DNA from: Perna viridis
Lineage: Eukaryota
DNA: 64,000 bases
Assembly (NCBI GenBank): GCA_037379345.1
Contig: CM074520.1
Location: forward strand, 6,696,001-6,760,000
Direction of reading: 5' to 3'
The notes under the pieces are model-generated. The model did not search any database. It worked only from the letters and a program-made list of their open reading frames with translations, and was not told the origin of the DNA. Both the position numbers and the translations under genes were made by a program. Positions 50,960 through 64,000 of the stretch are shown piece by piece; position 1 is the stretch's first letter, and each line of letters begins with the position of its first letter.

Positions 50960-52125
50960 AATGTGTTCTTCCTTGTAAAGAGATGACACAGTTATAATAT
51001 ACCTACAAGACCTGGGTCATTCAATGTATGTATGTTCTTCCTTGTAAAGATATGACACAGTTCTATATACCTACAAGACCTGGGTCATTCAATGTATGTA
51101 TGTTCTTCCTTGTAAAGATATGACACAGTTCTATATACCTACAAGACCAGGGTCATTCAATGTATGTATGTTCTTCCTTGTAAAAATATGACACAGTTCT
51201 ATATACCTACAAGACCAGGGTCATTCAATGTATGTATGTTCTTCCTTGTAAAGATATGACACAGTTCTATATACCTACAAGATCTGGGTCATACAATGGA
51301 TGTGTGTTCTTCCTTGTAAATATATGACACAGTTCTAATATACCTACAAGACCAGGGTCATTCAATGGATGTGTTTTCTTCCTTGTAAAGATATGACACA
51401 GTTCTATATACCTACAAGATCAGGGTCATACAATGGATGTGTTTTCTTCCTTGTAAAGATATGACACAGTTCTATATACCTACAAGATCAGGGTCATACA
51501 ATGGATGTCTGTTCTTCCTTGTAAAGATATGACAGTTCTAATATACCTACAAGACCAGGGTCATACAATGGATGTGTTTTCTTCCTTGTAAAGATATGAC
51601 ACAGTTCTATATACCTACAAGATCAGGGTCATACAATGGATGTCTGTTCTTCCTTGTAAAGATATGACACAGTTATAATATACCTACAAGACCAGGGTCA
51701 TTCAATGGATGCATGTTCTTCCTTGTAAAGATATGACACTGTTATAATATACCTACAAGACCAGGGTCATACAATGGATGTCTGTTCTTCCTTGTAAAGA
51801 GATGACACAGTTATAATATACCTACAAGACCAGGGTCATTAAATGGATGCATGTTCTTCCTTGTACAGATATGACACTGTTATAATGTACCTACAAGACC
51901 AGGTCATTAAATGGATGCATGTTCTTCCTTGTAAAGATATGACACAGTTCTAATATACCTACAAGACCAGGGTCATTAAATGGATGCATGTTCTTCCTTG
52001 TACAGATATGACAGTTCTATATACCTACAAAACCAGGGTCATTCAATGGATGTCTGTTCTTCCTTGTAAAGATATGACACAGTTCTAATATACCTACAAG
52101 ACCAGGGTCATTAAATGGATGTGTG
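50960..52125. repeat. Minisatellite, 68-69-bp unit, ~17 copies
   Basis: gttcttccttgtaaagatatgacacagttctatatacctacaagaccagggtcattcaatg starts at 50965, 51034, 51102, 51170 and onward. Confidence 0.97.
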
Positions 52126-53784
52126 TTTAGAATTTTAATCTTTATGTAAAATGACCAGTTTTTAAGGCAGTTATTATCATAAGATTCAATAAAATTCACA
52201 GAAGGTTCTTACATGAATGAAGATCAAAGATCTATAAAATTCACAGAATAGCAGTTTCTTACATAAGTGAAAATCAAAGATCTGGTTATTTTTCACAATT
52301 TTTTTTTCCCCAAGTTGAGTGAAGCGAACAAGTGAAAAGATTAAGAATTCCTCTAATGAGTGAAATCTAGCCTGATCTTTAATCTCTGAAAAATCTCCTT
52401 GAAAACATGTATATGTATTTTGTTCTCTTCTCCTAGAGAGCGACAACATTTCTGGGAACAGTGTATGGTATATAGTGACGTCAAAATTTCTCTTACCGTT
52501 GTTTTGAATGTGTCTATGATGCTGCCACTTTTAAAACTTTTCATTGGTTAAGAGAACAAGTTAAGATGACCATGCATGACCTCATCTTACATAGGTCAAA
52601 GGTCAACTTGCAAAGGGCCATTTCCTGAAGAAAAAGAAAAAAGATCTTGCAGACTGAATTATTAAGATCCTTTTATTTTCAATTGCAAATTGGGATATAT
52701 AATTAAGTAGTTTCTATGATAAAAATTTAGGGCAGCATTATAAACATAGATTGGCTGGGATTAACTTAAATATCTTCTGTGTTCATTTATCAAATATTTT
52801 CTATTGCATATGTAAGAATAACCTAATTTTGTAAGCCATTCAAAAGATATCCAAAACATATGTAAGCACTCAGATATTTCTTTCTGATTGTTTAATATTT
52901 TAATGAGAGATGTAAAATATTTTTTTTGGGGTGAAAACACCTCACATTACTGTCATTGTGTCTTGTTCATTTCCACGGGTCAAAGGGTCAGACCATTTTA
53001 CCAGCAGCATACAACTTGATATCTCCCATACTGGACTTCTGAACAAGCTGTATGTTGACAACAAATAAAAAAAATCCTTGGACAAATAAGATATGACCTC
53101 AAGAACTATAATATGATAGCATGAATATCATAAGTTTTAAAATCAGAAATAATTGAAATATTGTCATTCTAGAACACATTGTGCAAAATATTCATAAAAT
53201 TCTATTCTGCAACTTTAATTATCACAATTTAATCCCAGTAACATTTTTTGCAATTATTCCTAACCACAGGAACATACTGCTCCCTAAGCCACAATATACA
53301 ATTTGTATGGAAAACTAAAGCATTCAATTCAACATATACTAAAGGAGAAGGGACATTATGATATATTTATGTCCATAAAATGTAATGGTTGTTTGTCTTA
53401 ATCAGAAATTTTTTGCTGTAAATTAGTGTTATTTCATGCTAAGGCAACATTTTCAATGTAAAAAAAAAAATTGAGCCTTTATCTATTAATTTTATACTCA
53501 TCTTTACTTGTAAAATGCTAATTTATTAATAAAGGGGCAAAAAATGCCAACCATTTAACTCAGGCATAATTTTTTTTCCAAATGAATTTTATGTCCATTT
53601 TTGATTGTTTCTAAATTATGTCAAGCAGAAACTGTAACCAAATAACTAGTTTACAACTCAATGCCCAATTGCCTAAAGGCAGAGACATTATATTTTAACA
53701 TACTTCAAACCATTTTGGTCTTAAATCTCATAATACAACATGATAAAACACCATTAGTACAAAGCACATGAGAAATGTCTACAA

Positions 53785-53892
53785 TCATAATATTTGAAAG
53801 ACTTTTTTCAATTCAACAATTAACTGCCAGTCACTTTTCTGCATTTCATCTCTGAAATAGTCCTTCACAGCATCTATGGACGCTCTTGATAT
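53785..53892 (-). CDS. EIF5B: Eukaryotic translation initiation factor 5B, last coding exon
   Basis: After acceptor tttacag the exon reads ISRASIDAVKDYFRDEMQKSDWQLIVELKKVFQIL*, nearly identical to the animal eIF5B C-terminus. 108 nt, phase 0. AATAAA at 53527-53522. Not in the ORF track. Confidence 0.96.
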   Translation of the reverse strand: MSRASIDAVKDYFRDEMQKSDWQLIVELKKVFQIL

Positions 53893-54443
53893 CTGTAAAT
53901 AGAAATTAAATTAAGTGTTAAATTTGATATGGATAAACAAAATCCTCATTGTATGCTACATATTAAGTGTATAAATTGGAGAAAACCATGGCTACCATGT
54001 ACTGTAAATTTTAGAATGATGCTAGTTTGGGTATATTTTAGTGGTCTGTTTGAACATGCCACTTTAAAACATGCCAAAATAAATTCCATGAAATATTTAA
54101 AAAAAATAATAAATTCCATGAAATATTTACTGTGAGCTTAAATATTTATTGCACCACTAAGCATCTGCTAAAATTAGAATCTGCTAAACTTTTGCCTCAA
54201 AATTGCAAAATCTTACACCTGTCCAAAATAACATAACATATTGTATAACTGTAAACTCAGAAATAATGGCAATGTTTTGGTCTTTGTCAGTGAGTGCCAT
54301 AATGCTGAACACTGATTTAATTAATTGATTTCAATAGAGGTATTTCTCAATATCACAAAAGTAAAATTGCATTTTTCATTGAGAAACTGATCAGCATTGT
54401 TTTTTATCATTGTGAATATGACTGCTTCATTGATTGACTGTGA

Positions 54444-55436
54444 TTTAACATCTGATGCATTTCAGGTCAGAACATTTGGCTAATTGAACAGACCCTGCTT
54501 TAACATCTGATGCATTTCAGGTCAGAACATTTGGCTAATTGAACAGACCCTGCTTTATCATCTGAAGCATTTCAGGTCAGAACATTTGGCTAATTGAACA
54601 GACCCTGCTTTCACGTCTGATGCATTTCTGGACAGAACATTTGGCTAATAGAACAGACCCTGCTTTCACGTCTGATGCATTTCAGGACAGAACATTTGGC
54701 TAATAGAACAGACCCTGCTTTAACATCTGATGCATTTCAGGTCAGAACATTTGGCTAATTGAACAGACCCTGCTTTATCATCTGAAGCATTTCAGGTCAG
54801 AACATTTGGCTAATTGAACAGACCCTGCTTTAACATCTGATGCATTTCAGGACAGAACATTTGGCTAATTGAACAGACCCTGCTTTAACATCTGATGCAT
54901 TTCAGGACAGAACATTTGGCTAATTGAACAGACCCTGCTTTAACATCTGAAGCATTTCAGGTCAGAACATTTGGCTAATTGAACAGACCCTGCTTTCACG
55001 TCTGATGCATTTCAGGACAGAACATTTGGCTAATAGAACAGGCCCTGCTTTCACGTCTGATGCATTTCAGGTCAGAACATTTGGCTAATAGAACAGACCC
55101 TGCTTTAACATCTGATGCATTTCAGGTCAGAACATTTGGCTAATTGAACAGACCCTGCTTTATCATCTAAAGCATTTCAGGTCAGACCATTTGGCTAATT
55201 GAACAGACCCTGCTTTAACATCTGATGCATTTCAGGACAGAACATTTGGCTAATTGAACAGACCCTGCTTTAACATCTGATGCATTTCAGGACAGAACAT
55301 TTGGCTAACTGAACAGACCCTGCTTTAACATCTGATGCATTTCAGGTCAGAACATTTGGCTAATTGAACAGACCCTGCTTTAACATCTGATGCATTTCAG
55401 GACAGAACATTTGGCTAATTGAACAGACCCTGCTTT
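54444..55436. repeat. Minisatellite, 55-bp unit, 18 copies, in the last eIF5B intron
   Basis: tttaacatctgatgcatttcagg(t/a)cagaacatttggctaattgaacagaccctgc with an exact 55-bp period. Confidence 0.98.
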
Positions 55437-55458
55437 GTTCTAGTATGACAAACCAAGC

Positions 55459-55545
55459 CAGTGGTCCTTTTCACAAAAAATCGCATTGTGACGTTATAAC
55501 TTACAACTAATTTTACTCTTACAAATTTTTGTGAAAGGGCCACTG
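55459..55545. mobile_element. Short MITE related to the 50348-50481 element
   Basis: TIRs cagtggtccttttcacaaaaa / tttttgtgaaagggccactg share the tttcacaaaaa core. Confidence 0.65.
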
Positions 55546-57839
55546 ATTTCTAATGTGCTTGCTCACAGGAAAAAGAGCTCTCACATAGGCATATTGTAAC
55601 CTATTCTGACTCGTAGACAACTAGTGGTTTGTCTGTCTTCTATATGCTGCAAGCTTAGAAGAGAAGCAGAGACTCTTTAGTCAGCTGCAGAATTGGACAG
55701 GGATCTTTCACATGATCTCCTGAACTCCTGGTGAGCATGCTATTATAATTAATGGTCACATTACTCTGAGTTCCATTATAAGTAAGATAAGGTGAAAATG
55801 TAGATCAATAATATTTTTCATATTAATGCAAATTGAACTATAACCAATAAATAGTTGATGTCCTAATTCAAGTGAACTTGTACAAGTTCATTTGAATATG
55901 GAATATACACTGACCTAATGTTAATGAGATTTCCACAGAAAGGTTAAACTCCCCCACATATTATATTACATAGCAGTGGGGGTTGTAATAATCAAAATGA
56001 CATTAATCCCAACATGTATCAATATTGAATGATGTCAATAGAAGGCTATGAATGGAAATCTTCTAAGTTTGTTTAAACACACGCAGACAAACTTTGAGGC
56101 AACAGGCTAACATTAGAGTAATCAGAGTTTAAGTACATCCCTGTCTAAGAAACAGGCAAAATAAGTGTAAGGTGTGGCATATGAAAATTTTTTTTTTGAG
56201 ATTTAATGCATGATCTAAGTATTTATATTTCATAATCTACAAAAAACAACCATCAAAGTGTTCTTAAGATATTGATCCATCAAGTTTAGTTGAAGTGTAC
56301 TATGAAAAAAAGGTTGGAAAATGTTCCTGCACTTTTTCCGTATATAAGCAGTAAAAAAATATTCAAGTCACAGATGCTTCAGGATAAATTAAAATAGCTA
56401 ATTTCAGTTGTTTTACTAGTGTATTGAATATGTTCGAGGCAAAAAAGACCAAAATTTAGAAAAATAATGTGCCACTCACTGCCTGATTCTTACACATAAT
56501 AGTTCTTAATACTCCAACAAACATGATATGAATACACAAACAACTGAAGGATATCCCCAACGTGTATATCTGACATACCCTAAAGCTTTACTGATGGTTT
56601 TTGATTTTTACAAGGTCAAACCAAGGACAAACAACTATCAATACATAAAAATCATATATTAATGGGCTAGGGGATAATGTTTTGAACTTGTCACAGTTTT
56701 ATAAGATATGTTTTCCCAGGGCTATATTTGTGTAGGCGTTCTCTGATGTTTATATTTTATTTTTCACAAAGTATAAATATGCTCCATTTCCATATCTGTT
56801 TTAAAGTGACTTAAGCTTGAACTGAGTGTCTTTATCTAGTGTTGCAGTCAATTTTTGCAAGCTATGTAAAATGAAATTGATCAAAATAATTAGACACAGA
56901 GGAGCTCCATGGTGGAGGCACTGTGAGCATAAAACCTTATTTTGACTAAATGCAATCCTTTATACTGAGTTATTTAATAATCATAATCTACACATAGACT
57001 TTTCACTAATTGTGAACAGAAAGTCAGTACAATGTAAACTAGAACTCACAGTCATTAATGGGACTAATACTTGAAGTTTGTGTGATGCCGAAGTCCATAG
57101 CAATATTTTTCATTATGTTTTCTAAACTCCTAAACTGAAATATCTAACAACATACATTTCCAAATAGTGATAATATACCTTACAAAGTTTCATGTATATA
57201 TATAGTTTCAAGTAACAGGGGGGAAAAGTTTCAGACAATGATTTATTGTACAGCAAGTTCATAGCCTTATCGTTCACAAACTTCTTAAAACTGAAATTCC
57301 AGACTGTGAAGATTTCAATTGAAACTTAACATTTTGTCAGGAATTTAATTCATGGTTTGTCCAATCCACAAAAAATGGTACCCAACAAACACGTCACCGT
57401 AGTAAAATGTCAGATAACACCATTGAAAAGCAATATAAAAAAAAATTTGTGAACCAATAGAAAACGTCAAAAATTTAGCCACAATTCTGGAATACTCAGT
57501 TGTAACATTGGGTGGGTACCACAATATACTAATGTCCAATAAACCCCACGATGCTACACTTTACCTATGTTACGGTTCATAGGAGAAAGTACACGTATAA
57601 ACATGTGCCCACATACTATCATTATACATATTATACTTAGAAACATCACACCCTTCTTGTCAAACAAACAACTCCTAACAATATAATAGAAATAACATAA
57701 AGGTCCTAGAGTACAAGTTCTAAAAAAGAACAGATAGCATTGTAGTAAGTTCAGGTCCTATGAAATTACAGAACTTCAGATTCCTCATAATGTACTTGTA
57801 AGTCTAGGGAAACAAGGTTTGAACAGATATTCCAAAAAA

Positions 57840-58025
57840 CAAGTAAGTTCAACAGTCATCATTTCTACTATTGTTGTCCAAACATAAATACCTGATGGTA
57901 TGCACATCTCCATGTGGTTATATAACATCCCATAACAATCCTGCAAAATGCTAAGAAAAGAGTTTGGACAGACAGACGGACCAATATACCTCTCCCCTAA
58001 ACATTGTTTGCAGGGGGGTATAATG
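57840..58025 (-). mobile_element. Helentron-type element fragment (5' end with ctgt microsatellite); a similar fragment lies at ~63160-63365
   Basis: The reverse complement reads attataccccctgcaaacaatgtttaggggagaggtatattggtccgtctgtctgtcc. Confidence 0.55.
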
Positions 58026-61000
58026 TCCTGAAGAAACTGATAAAAGACAAATACCTTTAAATGGCTTCCCAGTAATGATTGTCTGAATATTTGAAAATTT
58101 CCACCAACAGTTCTCAAATTTTTGTAATATGTTACCCAGAAGTAAATTCTGCAGAATCTTGTATAATAACAAAACAATTCAGGTGAAGAATTACTTTGCT
58201 TTTTTCCCATGAATCAGTAGGGGTACCGGTCAGGTTGGGTTTAAGAATGCAAGCACACAAGCCCCAAGTAAAACACAGGGTATGAGTTACCTCCCTTTGT
58301 TATTTAAGAAATGCAGTAACACTGTTTCAACAGTTAGAAATGAAATAAGGCAAAGCTAAAAGCTTTAATTATACATCCTGTAGTATGTGTCCTTTTTTTA
58401 TTTTTTTAATTTGTTTTAGTGTCCTACATCTACTGATGCAATAAACCAGTATAATTTCTAATACTGTACCCACATAACATAACTTAATTACAATGGAAGT
58501 GGAATTACATTGTAATAACAATATGACTGTGTAGTGTCTCTGAGTGCAAGTTATAGTTATCCTCAGGACAAGTACTATAGGAGAAATGGAGTCTAAAATC
58601 CTCCAATCGTGACAACTTCTAACTCAGAAGTACTGATCATAGACTTGAATCATTATTGTGACGAACTACTACTAGACAAAAGGTTGGCTTGAAACTGGAG
58701 CAGAAATGATGTCATAGATAGTAGTTACCACATCCTTAATCCAGGTTTAGTTTAGTCTTTAGAATTTCAGTTTGAAGAAAAGCTAAAGGAACCATAAGAT
58801 AAAATTACTGTATTGTAATCTGATTAAAGGTTATGTAGTTAGGTGTAAGACTTTTATGTGCATTATCACTTATTTGTGAAGAAATTGAAATTGTGGTTTT
58901 GCCTTTCAATGGTGATGAATTTTTATATCTTTATGATATTCTTTTCAACTCCTTTTTCCAACTAATATTATTTCATCGAAAGAAACCACAATATATTTTT
59001 TACCTTGACAATTTATTGAGTATAAGACTTGATGAAGCACATGTATGTACTTTCAAACATGTAGTACATAAGTATACCAGAAACTTTTGTCTAAAAATAA
59101 TTTGGTCCAAAGTTATATTTCAGATACATTACCACTGAATGACCAAATCTGCTGTGAGAAAAATTGGGAGGATTTTATAAATTTTCTGGGGTTTAGAATG
59201 ATATAACACCAATGGATACAAATTGGAAGAAAAACTGCAGGAAGACTGATCATCTGTAGAATTTTTCAAGTTTTGGAGTCATTGGCATTGAACATGCTCA
59301 ACTAATTCAATACATCTTGACACTTTACTGCAAGAACTAAATTCCCTAAATAAAAATTTGTTGGTAAATATCTTTCAAGAAGGAGTCCCAAAAATCTTCA
59401 GTTGATTTGAAAACTAGATCTTAATTTTATTTGCAGAAATATAAGACTATCATTGAGCTGAATAATTCTCCAAAACATATTTACTGGTTATAAAAGAGGC
59501 ATTGAATGATATTAAAAGGAATTTACATATGGACTATATTTTTGTGTAGTGCTTAGAATAGTAGGTTAGTTCCTGTGACAAACTGGTCACTTAAGGTACT
59601 TTGATCCTGAAGGATCAAAAACCCAAAAAGAACAAATATAACCTGACAACCAAATTCAGTTGATACTTAAACATGGCTTGTAACAGTCTTGAGGCAGTAT
59701 GACAACTAATGCATAACACATACTAACATCACAAAGACAAGTATGATTTTTGTAACAATGGGAGACAATTTTCTAATCTAAATTCTAAATAAATTTAAAA
59801 GAAGATTGTCTCCAATTGAAAACTTCTGCATACACAGAGCTATTGATTTTATAACAAAATACCCTTAATACCTTTAACAAACAAATGTGAGACGAAAATA
59901 TTGGTGCTCGGACATAAATTATTGTATCTGGCTATGCCTATCGTACTTCTTCACCCTATAAACATGTGGGACTGTAATGCACAAACATTATCAAGTGGCT
60001 AGATGCTTCACTGCTCAAAAAAGTCAAATCTACTACTCTCTGTATGTTTACATTAAAAATACTTTAAAACTGTATTAAACTGACAAGTATCTGGAATAAT
60101 TTTTTCAATATCTCTGGTTACATCAAGTGCAGGTTTATCCAGTTGATATATATCCGATAGAGGATTTAATATAAGTAGGTGGGTGCAACTACATAAGGTA
60201 AATCATCCTCACAATTCATAAATCATATTCTGAATTCTAATGAAAGATTATTGAATGTCAAGTAGTTAGATATATGGTTTCCTGAGTACACACAGTTAGT
60301 ATTCTTCATTAATTTATGGTGCACTTCACTATTGATATTAATACCCACGTACAGATCTGTGCTGGCCTAGGTTAAATCACAACACATTTCACAAATAATG
60401 TCTTAATACGGGTACCTGGATGTGACGTTTCCCCGATGAAATATTGTACATTTAACAAATGATCCCTTTATTTCATTTTTCAGTGTTGGCGCACATCACA
60501 GCTGTCTCTTTATTTAAATTAAGGACACTATTAATTTTATGATCAATGTAAATTTGAAAAATGTCACATCCTACAAGATTTTTCCTGAAGGACAGGCAAT
60601 ACAAGTTAGTTTTTAACAATTTATGCGATAAAACCATTTTTTTTTCAGTTATAACAAAATTTTTAATGTAAATGTAAAAGTATTAATTTGTCAGTGACGT
60701 CCTATATATGTAGAATGTAAGACCAGAACTATGAATGGCTAAAAATATTCTTACGAGTGTGAAGAAATTTGTCGACATTGAGGTAGACAATTGTGCAAGT
60801 GCTGTGGTACTGTTTTGTCTAAAATACAACAGTGAGCTCTGTTCATCATAGGCATAGCCTAAAATCATATCCAAGTGAATTTTTATTTTTTTCAGAGTTT
60901 AACTCATTAAAATCAATGGACCAAATATCATTCAATATGAGAACAGAGCTCATTTACAGAAACACATAAAGCAACAGGTTGTTCCTAACAATAAAGGTTT

Positions 61001-63586
61001 ATAATAGTACATTATTATTGCTCTCTATAAATATTTTTATAGAAGTTAAATAGATATATTTCCTGATGAGATTGCATGTTTCTCTTGCACTAACAAAGGA
61101 TGGGTAGGTTATTAACAATATGTGACTTAGTTCTATTGTACTATACTACAAACAAATTGTACTTTTCAGAAGCGTACATGTGACTGTGTGGTACCTAGAA
61201 AAACAAATTCTATACATGTACATGTCTCACAGAGAAATGTGTGACATCTTACTCCTTTCCTTCACCATAAAAGTATCGTTCTTATATCATGTTTATATTT
61301 AAGTAATATGTGTGCTCATTCTAAACAAATCTGACACTTAACAATTATCCAACAGGGTAAAAAAATTGTACTTCCAATACAAGTTGTTATTTTATTGGAA
61401 TTATTACAAGTACTCAGGTTCATAACAGCTTGATCTATGTGTAGGCTAGTCACCTTAGTACAAATCTATCATAGAATTTAAGTGTCAGTATATGTAAGAA
61501 TCAGGCTTAGGGTGAAACCTGGTATGAAAAAAAAACACAATTAAGAATGTTTAATTTGACTATTTTCACCATCAGAATCAAGGAAAACAGACAAAATTTT
61601 CCATATCAAGCTGGACCATGTAGTTACAATTTCATTGAAATGCACTGAAAATGAACAGGGCAGATAACTCAGTCAAAGCCCTCATTTTTCTAAGATTCTA
61701 TTGAAAAATTTCTAAGCAAATCCAATGATGCAGAGATCAATTAAAGGTCTTTTGAAATAGAGAAAGTATCTTTGAGTGATATTTTATCATCAGATCAGTG
61801 GTGTTTTGACATGCATTTTTCTGATTTTTCCCATTTTGCATGATTCTTCCGAACACTTTCACTTAATCTACATAATTCTCTGTATCCATTCTGTTTTACA
61901 ATGAATTTCTAAAGCTGTGATGGAAGGGCTTGCTTATAGTACTACATGCAGTGTTTTTTAAGATCAACAGCTTCCACTCCTTAAAATTTGATCACAGCAT
62001 CTAAATATAGTCCACTTCAAACAGAGGACCAATAGGTTTCATGTTCATGGTTTCTGTTTTACTTTAACATTACAGTATGTAAAATATAAAAAAAATATGA
62101 GCCAGATTTTCAACCTCTACTCCTAACAGTTAAAATCAACGGTCTGCTGAAATATTGAAATAAAACATTTCAAATTTTCATCAGGCCAAATACACCTTTT
62201 TTACTAGGCAAATGACAAGTACCATAGTTGTTTAAGATGCAGGCTGTTAATTGTATAATAAAATGAAACATTGTCTGAAGTTAGGACAGTCTGGAACACA
62301 AGTGTGGAGAGATTATTGTTTCTAAATATAGTGTTGTAATAGAGGTCAGTTACAGGGTCAATGAAAAATTCTCTCCCATAGCTTCCTGAAGAATAGGTAC
62401 ATGTTGTTACTTTTATTGCGTATTCTGTCGATCACAAAATTCTGAGAATTAAAGTAAGAATTCGATCCATGGAAAGCTAATAATGCCTTTAATTTCCATG
62501 AAACATCACTAGACAGGAAAACTCATATATTGAACTTGTAAAGAAGACACCAATAATAATAACATATATACTGACAATTTGATCATCATTTCCTCATTTT
62601 AACCTGTATTTAAGTTATGCCTATGGACATGCATTGTCATCAATTTTCTTCAAACAATTAATTAACTACTCCTTTGATTAAGTCTAACATTCAATATTGT
62701 CAAATTAAGAAATAATTGTGTTTATAATGAGCTTTATAGTTCTCAATCACCTGTCAATGTTGTAATTATAAGTGGTGTAACTACATGTTTTTATTAATAT
62801 TCTGATTAGTATATATCTTAACAAATTTATTTGGCCTACAAATATTGACAGTTTTCATTAATCATTTTTTCCTCCATTTTTTTAGCCAACTAGATCTAAG
62901 TCATTCCCTCTTGTTCTTAAACATATCAAGATTTTTTAAAAATCCATGACCAATTCGTTTAAGTGTTCTAATGACAATTGCAATGTAAAACACAAAGTTT
63001 TGTTGAACTTCTTGCGCTTAAAATCTGATTTTAAGAAAGGGAGTTTTGTTTGCATACTTTTTAAAAAAGATAATTGGAGTTCATCATTGAATGAATCAAT
63101 ATAAGGAAGTATCTGGCCAAAGAACACAATTATATTTCAATACAATTTCAGTGTTCAGTCAATGAAATGAGCTATCAGTCAACATTTTATAGAAATTTGA
63201 AAAATTAAATATAAATATCCAAAGGGAGCTTACATCAATAGAAAGAAACAGTTCACCAAAATTCCACAAAAATTGGTGGCAGCATATTAGAATTATTGCG
63301 TGAACAACAGATGGACACAGGTATACCATAATATGTCCCATCTTAAAAGACAGGCATATAAAAACTCTTTTTCACTAATTATATAATCCAAAGATCACAT
63401 TTTTCATGATTCCATACATTTTCCCAAGTTTTCATATCAAATGTTCTCATATTTTCTCCACAGTTTCAAAGAATTAGATAAAAACAAGGAAGTTCCAGAT
63501 TTACTTTTTAGCATATTAAAATAGCTTACAATTTTCTGGTCCCTTAGATAAAAGTGAGCTCTATAGAGCAAGCATCAAATACCTAC

Positions 63587-63748
63587 CTTACTGTACAACA
63601 GATCTGTGTGATCAAAATGTCTGCCAAACATTTTTGGTGAGTCTCCGGAGATAGGTTCTATCTTGACACAGACTTCCTGACCTTTGCGGGCTGTGTCCAC
63701 AGGCTTGTTGTTCAGCTCCAAACTGGCTACATGTCCAATGTCCAAAAA
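63587..63748 (-). CDS. EIF5B: Eukaryotic translation initiation factor 5B, penultimate coding exon (domain IV)
   Basis: ctttcag|FLDIGHVASLELNNKPVDTARKGQEVCVKIEPISGDSPKMFGRHFDHTDLLYSK|gtaggt, 162 nt, phase 0-0, joining in frame to 53892. The next upstream donor AG|GTAAC is at 63999/63998, so the gene continues beyond the window. Confidence 0.96.
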
Positions 63749-64000
63749 CTGAAAGTATTCAATAATACAAAAATCAAAGTTGTTGTTGCCCAAGAAATAA
63801 TGATTTCCATTGTAAATTAGGGATCAACATGAGTGAGGTACTTGTTTTTTTCCCCCAGGATAAATTGTCATTCTCTGGAATTTTGTTTTCAAATTATGAC
63901 AGTGATACAAATTATTTTTACAAGTTTTATGGGTGAAAGAGGGACTGTGTGACAATATTTCTGTGGGACAATTGAAGCCATTGTCAAAGGAAAGTTACCT

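Noticed and set aside
52593-52605. Perfect DR1 nuclear-receptor element AGGTCAAAGGTCA
   Set aside because: TGACCT words are very common in mollusc repeat debris, and an isolated site has no supporting context.
50960-55436. Regular arrays resembling CRISPR (also 13841-16045 and 19915-20110)
   Set aside because: Whole units repeat with no unique spacers, there are no cas genes, and the context is eukaryotic: these are minisatellites.
60690-60850. Possible intronic C/D snoRNA in eIF5B (ATGATGA..CTGA on the minus strand)
   Set aside because: The boxes are ~155 nt apart with no terminal stem or recognisable rRNA guide; expected by chance.
63575-63793. ORF-track 72-aa protein as a complete gene
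   Set aside because: It is an internal eIF5B exon (63587-63748) plus intron read-through on both sides.

Overview
AT-rich animal genomic DNA, most likely a bivalve mollusc (inferred from its Penelope/Naiad-like and Helentron-type repeats and a short-chain collagen C4-like gene). Two host genes lie on the minus strand. sprouty has one coding exon (37316-38113), a ~7 kb 5'-UTR intron and a probable non-coding exon 1 with a TATA/Inr promoter near 45.6 kb. eIF5B contributes its last two coding exons (63587-63748, 53785-53892). The first ~33 kb is accessory DNA: a frameshifted RTE-X-like LINE 3' end, a short-chain collagen C4-like pseudogene broken by a 38-bp duplication, three Penelope-like (Naiad-type) fragments, Helentron-type elements, MITEs, minisatellites and a P2X7-ballast-like domain relic missed by the ORF track. 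The most notable signals are five Capicua-type octamers clustered at the sprouty promoter, two tiny uORFs abutting the sprouty start codon, a 118-bp spacerless palindrome in the sprouty intron, a twice-present GC-rich foldable repeat, an incipient 7-mer higher-order satellite and a very decayed tyrosinase-like relic. No CRISPR array, rRNA or tRNA was found, and I cannot claim a wholly new biological system. Family assignments come from recalled motifs, not database searches.
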